A DNA stretch of 64,000 bases from Occultella glacieicola (GTDB lineage: Bacteria > Actinomycetota > Actinomycetes > Actinomycetales > Beutenbergiaceae): positions 248,001 through 312,000 of the forward strand of contig NZ_SMNA01000002.1 in the NCBI RefSeq assembly GCF_004353825.1, given 5' to 3'. The notes under the pieces are model-generated. The model saw only the letters and a program-made list of their open reading frames with translations. It was not told the DNA's origin and made no database searches. Position 1 is the first letter of the stretch, and every line of letters begins with the position of its first letter. Shown here in pieces: positions 57,520-64,000 of the stretch. The translations under genes and the position numbers were made by a program.

Positions 57520-58350
57520 TCAGCGCAGCGCCGCACTCAGGGCTTCGCGCTGCTCGCGAAGCCAGGCCCGTCCGGCGAGGATCGACCCACCGGCACCCTC
57601 GTCCCACATCCGGGCCCAGCCGCCGCCCCTGGTCCGCGCCGCATGCTCCATGGCGAGGTAGGACCGGGTGAAGCGGCGGTCGAGGACCTCGGGCAGGTGC
57701 AGCCGTTGGGCACGATCGAGCCCGTAGGCCTCCGCGAAGATCCGGATCCGGCGCCCGGCATCGACGTCGGCGAGCGCCGGGTGCCGCAACTCGGGCGGGG
57801 CCACCGGGGCCCAGTACCGCAGCGAGGTGGCGACGTCGAGCAGCCGGGTGCTGGGCCCGGCGAGGTCGAAGTCGATCACCGCGACCGGCCGGCCACGCTC
57901 GAAGATGACGTTCTCGATCGTGATGTCGTTGTGCCCGATCACGTCCGGGGCCTCGAAGACCGGAGGGACGCCGTCGAACTCGATCCGCTCGGGCCAGGCG
58001 ACACCGTCGGGCAGCGCCACGTCCACCGAGACGTCGTGGAGGCGACGTTGCAGCACGGCCAGGTCGACCAGGACGTCCTCGGCCACCGCCCACCGGTGCG
58101 GGGGCCGTCCGCCCATCCGGCCCTCGACGAACGTGAGGACCTCACGCCCGGCGGCGTCCACGCCGAGGAACCGCGGTGCGCCGTCGAAGCCGGCCGCCTC
58201 CAGGTGCCGCAGATAGGCCTCGACGGCCGGGCTGTGGGCGCCGCGTGGTCGGCGCACCGTGGCACCCTTGCGGACCAGCCCGTCGCTGACGTCGCCGCCG
58301 AGCAGCGGCACCTCCGGCTGCCCGGCGGCGCCGAAGTCGTCGGAGTTCAC
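57520..58350 (-). CDS. Aminoglycoside phosphotransferase-like kinase
   Basis: GHNDITIENV, IDFD; GTG start overlaps the ALDH stop. Confidence 0.85.
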   Translation of the reverse strand: MNSDDFGAAGQPEVPLLGGDVSDGLVRKGATVRRPRGAHSPAVEAYLRHLEAAGFDGAPRFLGVDAAGREVLTFVEGRMGGRPPHRWAVAEDVLVDLAVLQRRLHDVSVDVALPDGVAWPERIEFDGVPPVFEAPDVIGHNDITIENVIFERGRPVAVIDFDLAGPSTRLLDVATSLRYWAPVAPPELRHPALADVDAGRRIRIFAEAYGLDRAQRLHLPEVLDRRFTRSYLAMEHAARTRGGGWARMWDEGAGGSILAGRAWLREQREALSAALR

Positions 58351-59843
58351 CGGCGCCGGCGGCGCTCGAGCACCCTCGCGTACCCCGCGACGCCCTGACG
58401 CACGGCCCGGAGCAGGCGGGTGTCCGACGTCGGAGTCACCAACGCCGCGATCGAGACCGGCAACTCGGAGCCGACGACCGCCCGCTGGTGGGAGAACGTG
58501 TCGAACCCGGTCCTGCCATGGTAGGCGCCCATCCCGGACCGCCCCACTCCCCCGAACGGGATCCCGGGCAGGGACTGGGACACCGCGAAGTCGTTGCGGG
58601 ACACGCTGCCCGAGCGGGTCCGGGCCACGAACGCGTTGAACTCCGCGTCGTGCGGGCCGTACCACGTCGCCACCAGCGGGGCCGGCTTCTCGGCGAGCAG
58701 GTCGATGACGTCGTCGATGTCGTCGTAGGTGTGCACGGCCAGCACCGGGCCGAACACCTCCTCGGTCGCGATCTCCATCTCGTCGGTGACCCCGAGGATC
58801 ACCACCGGCGCGAGGATCCGTGCGGCGCGCAGGGCGTCCTCGCCGTCGTCGTCGGAGCGCATCGAGCCGATCACCTGGGCGCCCTTCGCGGCCGCATCCT
58901 CGATCAGGTTGACGACCCGGTCGTAGCCGGCCTCGTCGATGAGGGTGGTGACCTCGTTCTCGTCGAACATGTCCGGCACCACCCGGCCCCAGGCGTTGAA
59001 CACCTCCTGGACGAAGGCCCGGGTGGCGGTCTCCGGCACATACACGTCGTCCGGGGACACGCAGGTCTGTCCGGCGTTCGCGAGGCGGGCCAGAGCCACC
59101 CGTTCCGCGGCGCGGCGCAGGTCCCGCCGGTCGGCGGCGGTCTTCTCGCTGATCACCACCGGGTTCTTGCCACCCAGTTCGAGCGTGACCGGCGTCAGGT
59201 TCTTCGCGGCGGCGGCCATGACCGCCGAGCCGGTGCGCGCGGACCCGGTGAAGAAGAGATGGTCGAGGTCGAGCGAGGCGAACTCGGTCGAGACGGTCAC
59301 GTCGCCGGTCAGGACCGCCAGTTCTTCGACGTCGAACGCGTCATGCATCGCGTTCGCGAACACCTCCGCGGTGTTCGGGATGAGCTCGGACATCTTCATC
59401 ATCACCCGGTTGCCGGCCGCGAGCGCGGAGAGCGCCGGGATCGCGGTGAGGTTGATCGGGTAGTTCCAGATGCCCATCACACCGACCACGCCGAGCGGCG
59501 ACGGCTGCACCTGTGTGCGGAGCCCGGCCAGGCGACCGGCCGCACCCCCGAGCAGCCCCCACGGACTGCGGGGCCGCATCCACGTCCCGACCCGGGCTCG
59601 GGTGAGTTCGGCCTCGATCGCGAGCGTGGTCACGTCCGAGACCAGCGTGGTGATCTCCGGTCTGTGCCCGAAGTCGGCCGAGATCGAGGCGACGAGGTCG
59701 TCGGCGTGCGAGACCACGGCATGGGCGAATCGGTCGATCCGGTCCCGACGCAGCGCCGCGGTGGGGGGCCCGTCGCGGTGGAAGGCGGAGCGCTGCAGCT
59801 GCAGCACCTCCGACATCGGGGTAGAGGTGGTGGTCGCGCTCAT
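58347..59843 (-). CDS. Aldehyde dehydrogenase (coniferyl-aldehyde/ALDH3-like)
   Basis: WNYP, FTGS, TLELGGKNP, NAGQTCVSPD, EEVFGP, PFGGVGRSGMGAYHG. Confidence 0.9.
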   Translation of the reverse strand: MSATTTSTPMSEVLQLQRSAFHRDGPPTAALRRDRIDRFAHAVVSHADDLVASISADFGHRPEITTLVSDVTTLAIEAELTRARVGTWMRPRSPWGLLGGAAGRLAGLRTQVQPSPLGVVGVMGIWNYPINLTAIPALSALAAGNRVMMKMSELIPNTAEVFANAMHDAFDVEELAVLTGDVTVSTEFASLDLDHLFFTGSARTGSAVMAAAAKNLTPVTLELGGKNPVVISEKTAADRRDLRRAAERVALARLANAGQTCVSPDDVYVPETATRAFVQEVFNAWGRVVPDMFDENEVTTLIDEAGYDRVVNLIEDAAAKGAQVIGSMRSDDDGEDALRAARILAPVVILGVTDEMEIATEEVFGPVLAVHTYDDIDDVIDLLAEKPAPLVATWYGPHDAEFNAFVARTRSGSVSRNDFAVSQSLPGIPFGGVGRSGMGAYHGRTGFDTFSHQRAVVGSELPVSIAALVTPTSDTRLLRAVRQGVAGYARVLERRRRR

Positions 59844-59973
59844 TACTCCACTGTGCCCCTTTCGCGCGCGAATCGCTAGCGAGCTCCCCCGGAGCCGCAC
59901 CCTCACCCGTCCCGACTGGAACGTTCACGCCTTCTGCTAACGTTGATGACGCTCTGTTGATGATTCAACGAGG

Positions 59974-60071
59974 CATTGCTGGTTCGGACCCGACCGGAGC
60001 TGACCGCCCGCTCGCCACGGCAATGGATCCCCTGCGTCGCCCCCAGTCGGCGCGCAACCGACCCGCGGGCG
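59974..60071 (+). ncRNA. Candidate structured 5' leader / riboswitch upstream of the SSS transporter
   Basis: Stem CATTGCTG (59974-59981) / CGGCAATG (60018-60025); inner hairpin; CGCCCGC can pair with GCGGGCG at 60065-60071; ~280-nt leader. Confidence 0.4.
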
Positions 60072-60255
60072 CACCCGCCGGCACGGCCCGATCGACCCGA
60101 ACGGATGTGATTGCCCCGCACCTGTGACCCGCGTGCGCCGCGAGCGCCCCGGCCGGTGGCCGGTGGCCGCGCACCGGGATCCGCGCGAGGTCACCACCGA
60201 TACTGCCGCGCCCTCGCCCGCCCGATGAATCCCCTACTGACGAAGGAGGTGACGC

Positions 60256-61920
60256 GTGAACGTCCCCGCAGAGGTGCAGTTCGGCGTCCTGACAGTTGTC
60301 GTGATCCTGGTGCTGTTCTATGGCATCACCTTTCTCATCTCGACCCGCATCGGCAAGAAGCAGGAGAACGCCGACGGCTACATGACCGCGGGCAACAACA
60401 TCGGCTTCGGCATCTCGGCCGCGAGCATGACCGCGACCTGGATCTGGGCGTCCTCGATGTACGCCTCCGCGACGTCGGGCTACACCTACGGGATCTCCGG
60501 ACCGATCCACTACGGCCTGTGGGGTGCCCTGATGATCCTGTTCATCTACCCCTTCGGGCGGCGGATCCGCGCCGTGGCCCCGAAGGCGCACACGCTCGCC
60601 GAGGTCATGTACGCCCGGCACGGCCGATCCAGCCAGCTGATGCTGGCCGGCTCGAACGTGGTCGGCTCGGTGATCAGCCTGATGTCGAACTTCATCGCCG
60701 GTGGCGCGCTGATCAGCCTGCTGTCCCCGTTCTCGTTCTTCCAGGGCGTCCTCGCCGTGGCCGGCGGCGTGCTGCTGTACACCCTCTGGTCCGGGTTCCG
60801 GGCGTCGGTGCTCACCGACTTCGTGCAGGTGGTCGCGATGCTCGGCGCCGTCGTCGTCATCGTGCCGGCCATCTTCTTCGCGGCCGACTTCCCCGCGGCG
60901 TTCGAGAGCGGTGCGGCCACCCTGACCCCGCAGCAGGGCACCTTCTTCTCCAGCGACGCCTTCCTGAACCAGGGCGCTCCCTACATCGCGGCCGTGCTCG
61001 CGTACGCGATCGGCAACCAGACGATCGCCCAGCGGCTGTTCGCGGTCCGTGAGGACCTCATCAAGAAGACGTTCGCCACCGCCACCTTCGGCTACGGCGC
61101 CATGGTGATCGGCGTCGGGATGCTCGGCGTGCTGGCCCTGTACCTGGGCATCGACCCCGCCGGCGGCGACGTGAACAACCTGGTCCCGCAGATGGCCGCG
61201 ACCTACCTGCCGCCCGCACTGCTGGTGCTGTTCTTCGTGATGATCATCGGGGCACTGTCCTCCACCGCCGACTCCGATCTGTCGGCCCTGTCCTCGATCG
61301 TGATGACGGACGGCTACGGCCAGGCGGTCGGCAAGGAGAACGCGAGCCCCCGGACGATGCTGCTGATCGGCCGGATCACCATGATCGTGGCCACCGCCGC
61401 GGCTGTCGCGTTCGCGAGCCTGCAGCTGAGCATCCTGGACCTGCTCGTGTTCGTCGGCGCGCTCTGGGGTGCGCTCGTGTTCCCCGTGATCGCGAGCTTC
61501 TACTGGAACCGGGTCACGAACAAGGCGTTCACGATCTCGGTGGTGGCAGCCCTGGCCGTGTTCCTCCCGGTGCGTTTCTCCCTGGTACCGCTCGAGGGCG
61601 CCGTGGGCATCGTCGTCGACGTCCTGTCCGTCATCGGCATCGGTGTGGTGCTCGGACTCATGGTGTTCGGATTCTTCGGTGCCCGCGCCGGCACGCTGGT
61701 GGGCGCCGTGGCCGCTCTGGCCGCGGCCCCGTTCGCGATCGGGACGCTGCACGAGTACACGACCCTCAGCGCCTCCCTCGTCGCCTACTCGGTCTCGACC
61801 ATCGTCTGCACGCTCATCTCGATGCGCAACACCGACCTGTTCGACTTCTCCGTGATCAAGCGGCGGGTCGGCGACTTCGACCCGGCCGAGGCCGACGACC
61901 TCGCCCCGGCCCACTCCTGA
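60256..61920 (+). CDS. Sodium:solute symporter (DUR3/urea-transporter-like branch)
   Basis: SMTATWIWASS, PKAHTLAEVMYARHG, SSTADSDL; RBS AAGGAGG before GTG. Confidence 0.88.
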   Translation: MNVPAEVQFGVLTVVVILVLFYGITFLISTRIGKKQENADGYMTAGNNIGFGISAASMTATWIWASSMYASATSGYTYGISGPIHYGLWGALMILFIYPFGRRIRAVAPKAHTLAEVMYARHGRSSQLMLAGSNVVGSVISLMSNFIAGGALISLLSPFSFFQGVLAVAGGVLLYTLWSGFRASVLTDFVQVVAMLGAVVVIVPAIFFAADFPAAFESGAATLTPQQGTFFSSDAFLNQGAPYIAAVLAYAIGNQTIAQRLFAVREDLIKKTFATATFGYGAMVIGVGMLGVLALYLGIDPAGGDVNNLVPQMAATYLPPALLVLFFVMIIGALSSTADSDLSALSSIVMTDGYGQAVGKENASPRTMLLIGRITMIVATAAAVAFASLQLSILDLLVFVGALWGALVFPVIASFYWNRVTNKAFTISVVAALAVFLPVRFSLVPLEGAVGIVVDVLSVIGIGVVLGLMVFGFFGARAGTLVGAVAALAAAPFAIGTLHEYTTLSASLVAYSVSTIVCTLISMRNTDLFDFSVIKRRVGDFDPAEADDLAPAHS

Positions 61921-61934
61921 CCGAAAGGAACGAC

Positions 61935-62066
61935 ATGTCCACCATCGCCCTGACCGTCTACGTCCTGATCTGGCCTGCGGTCGTCGCCGTGGTCCTGTAC
62001 GTGATCGGCCGCGCCTTCTTCACGGAGTGGCTCGAGGCCCGCCGGGAGGGCCGCGACATCATCTGA
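61935..62066 (+). CDS. 43-aa single-TM transporter-associated small protein
   Basis: RBS GAAAGGAA; MSTIALTVYVLIWPAVVAVVLYVIGRAFFTEWLEARREGRDII*; absent from the ORF track. Confidence 0.82.
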   Translation: MSTIALTVYVLIWPAVVAVVLYVIGRAFFTEWLEARREGRDII

Positions 62067-62162
62067 ACCTCCCCGACACCCCGACCATGCCCGACGGCGG
62101 CGCTCATCTCCCAGGGTGAGCGCCGCCGTCGGGCGTGGTACGGCGTTCTTGCCACCGGCGGC

Positions 62163-63428
62163 TCAGGCGGTCCAGCCGCCGCGGCGGTACGCCGGGGTGC
62201 CGAACGCGAGCACCGCGAGCGAGAGGAGCATCGCGGCCACGATCACGATGCTCATCGCGGCGGCCGTGCCGCCGAGCAGGCCGACCAGGGGGGCGACCAG
62301 CCCGGCCACCCCGGACTGGGCGCAGCCGATCATGGCCGCGGCGGCGCCGGCGCGCTCACCGTGGCGGGTCAGCGCCAGCGCGGAGGCGTTCGGCGGGATC
62401 AGCGAGTTCACCGCGAGCATCAGCCAGAGCGGGATCAGCAGGCCGACCAGGCCACCGAAGCCGGTCACGCCCACCACGAGCAGCACCACGGCGAAGAACG
62501 TGGCGACCGGCAGCGCCAGCCGCATGATCCGGATCGGTGCGAACCTGCGCACGAGCGCCGCATTCACCTGCGCGCCGGCCACGAGGCCGATGCCGTTGAT
62601 GGCGAACAGGAGCGAGAACTGGTGCTCGGACAGCCCATACCCCTCGCGGATCACGAACGGCGAACCGGAGACGTAGGCGAACAGGGCGGCCATGCCCAGG
62701 CCCGGCAGCAGCGCGAGGGCCACGAACTGACGGTCCCTGAGCAGCACCCCGTAGGAGCCGATCACGGCGCGGGTGCTGGTGCTGCGCTTCTCCTTCGGCA
62801 GCGACTCGGGCAGGTAGCGCGCCACGATGAAGAACAGGATGACCCCGTACAGGGCGAGCGCGGCGAACACCATCCGCCAGTCCCAGATCGAGGCGATGAC
62901 CCCGCCGATCGTCGGCGCCAGCAGCGGCGCGACACCGATCACCAGCATCAGCCGGGACAGCACGGCCGAGGCCTCGGCTCCGGAGAGCCGGTCCCGGATC
63001 ACGGCCACGGCCACCACCCCGGCGGCGGCGTTGCCCATGCCCTGGATCATCCGCAGCACGATCAGCGGCGCCACGTCCGCGACCAGCAGGCACAGCAACG
63101 AGGCGACCACGTGCACCACGAGGCCGACCAGGACCGGGAGCCGGCGCCCGTACCGGTCCGAGAGCGGGCCGATGAGCAGCTGCCCGAGCGCGCCGCCGAT
63201 CAGCGTCGCGGTGATCGTGAACTGCACCGAGGCGGTGCCCGCCGCGAGGTCGGTGACCACCTCCGGCAGCGACGGCAGGTACATGTCCGTGGTCAGCGCC
63301 CCGAGTGCGGACATCGACCCGAGCAGCAGGATCAGCTTCACGGGCGCGCGTCGCCTCGCGGCCGGGGCCGGCTCGGTGCGGTGGCCCGGGTCCGCCGGAA
63401 CCGGTGGGACCGGCGGGATCGTGGCCAT
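62163..63428 (-). CDS. Bcr/CflA family multidrug efflux MFS transporter (start uncertain)
   Basis: DMYLPSLP, GPLSDRYGRR, APLLAPTIGG. Confidence 0.9.
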   Translation of the reverse strand: MATIPPVPPVPADPGHRTEPAPAARRRAPVKLILLLGSMSALGALTTDMYLPSLPEVVTDLAAGTASVQFTITATLIGGALGQLLIGPLSDRYGRRLPVLVGLVVHVVASLLCLLVADVAPLIVLRMIQGMGNAAAGVVAVAVIRDRLSGAEASAVLSRLMLVIGVAPLLAPTIGGVIASIWDWRMVFAALALYGVILFFIVARYLPESLPKEKRSTSTRAVIGSYGVLLRDRQFVALALLPGLGMAALFAYVSGSPFVIREGYGLSEHQFSLLFAINGIGLVAGAQVNAALVRRFAPIRIMRLALPVATFFAVVLLVVGVTGFGGLVGLLIPLWLMLAVNSLIPPNASALALTRHGERAGAAAAMIGCAQSGVAGLVAPLVGLLGGTAAAMSIVIVAAMLLSLAVLAFGTPAYRRGGWTA

Positions 63429-63827
63429 GGCAGGGGCGAACTGATCCGCGGGGTCGGCCCGCAACTCCTCGTCGAACGCCTCCGGTGAGGTGCGGACGGG
63501 GTCGCCGGGCGCGCGCAAGGGTGAGGTGTCGGCAGTCAATCGAGGATTCCCGTGGGGCGAAGGGGGCGAAGATCGGGCGGCCGGGAACAGACCCTCGGCA
63601 GCACCCATTCTCCGCCCTCGGAGGCCCGAAGTCGAATCGTTTCGTGCCCGGAATCATGTGATGCTGGCGACATCGCCGGGCGCGCTGGCCGGGCGCGCTC
63701 GCGTCAAGGGACGGGCAGTGAACGGGCAGGAAATCATCGGGTGTCAGGCGGCGTCGGCCACGCCCTGCCGTGCGGGTCGTGACGTGCCGCGGGCCGGTCC
63801 GCCAGGCCTGCGCGCGCTCCCCCGGAC

Positions 63828-64000
63828 TCAGGCCTTGGCAGCCTTGGCCGCGGCCTTGGCGGCGCGCTTGGTCTCGCGCACCTTGAGCAGCGAGTCGGGG
63901 TCCACCACGTCGGCGATCGACCGGTACGAGCCCGGCTCGCCGTAATTGCCGGCCGCCTCCCGCCAGCCCGGCGCCGCGAGGCCGGCCTGCTTGCCGAGCA
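63828..64000 (-). CDS. HhH-GPD-type putative DNA repair protein, C-terminal part
   Basis: Manual translation LLGKQAG...GWREAAGNYGEPGSYRSIADVVDPDSLLKVRETKRAAK. Confidence 0.75.
   Translation of the reverse strand, partial: LGKQAGLAAPGWREAAGNYGEPGSYRSIADVVDPDSLLKVRETKRAAKAAAKAAKA

Noticed and set aside
59918..59944. GGAAC...GTT as a SigH promoter for the SSS gene
   Set aside because: Spacing is N19 rather than N18, so support is weak
63430..63827. Intergenic stretch upstream of the Bcr/CflA gene as a small gene or RNA
   Set aside because: No credible ORF or recognisable RNA motif; may partly be the transporter's N-terminus

Overview
High-GC actinobacterial chromosome segment (Micrococcales-like, inferred from gene content, the tmRNA tag ADSKRTDFALAA and many leaderless genes). 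The core backbone comprises DUF2017-clpS / pncB, DUF3039-helicase and hup on the left, and ssrA, smpB, M23 peptidase, ftsX, ftsE and prfB on the right. Accessory blocks include a TetR-controlled ABC exporter, a LacI-operator sugar ABC importer and a SigL/RslA module with divergent SigL promoters inserted between smpB and ssrA. A further block is an SSS transporter plus a 43-aa partner behind a structured 5' leader. The strongest candidate for an undescribed system is a ~22.5 kb GntR-regulated carbohydrate locus (17.4-39.8 kb). It carries the lower inositol-type steps (IolC kinase, stand-alone DUF2090 aldolase-like protein, IolA) but no IolD or IolB. Alongside these are five oxidoreductases, an MBL hydrolase, a TIM-barrel enzyme, an unclassified alpha/alpha-barrel-like protein, an ABC importer and a 1.46 kaa secreted protein with three repeats and a variant GH43 domain. 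No CRISPR, rRNA, tRNA, integrase or transposase was seen. All calls come from reading the sequence; no database searches were run.
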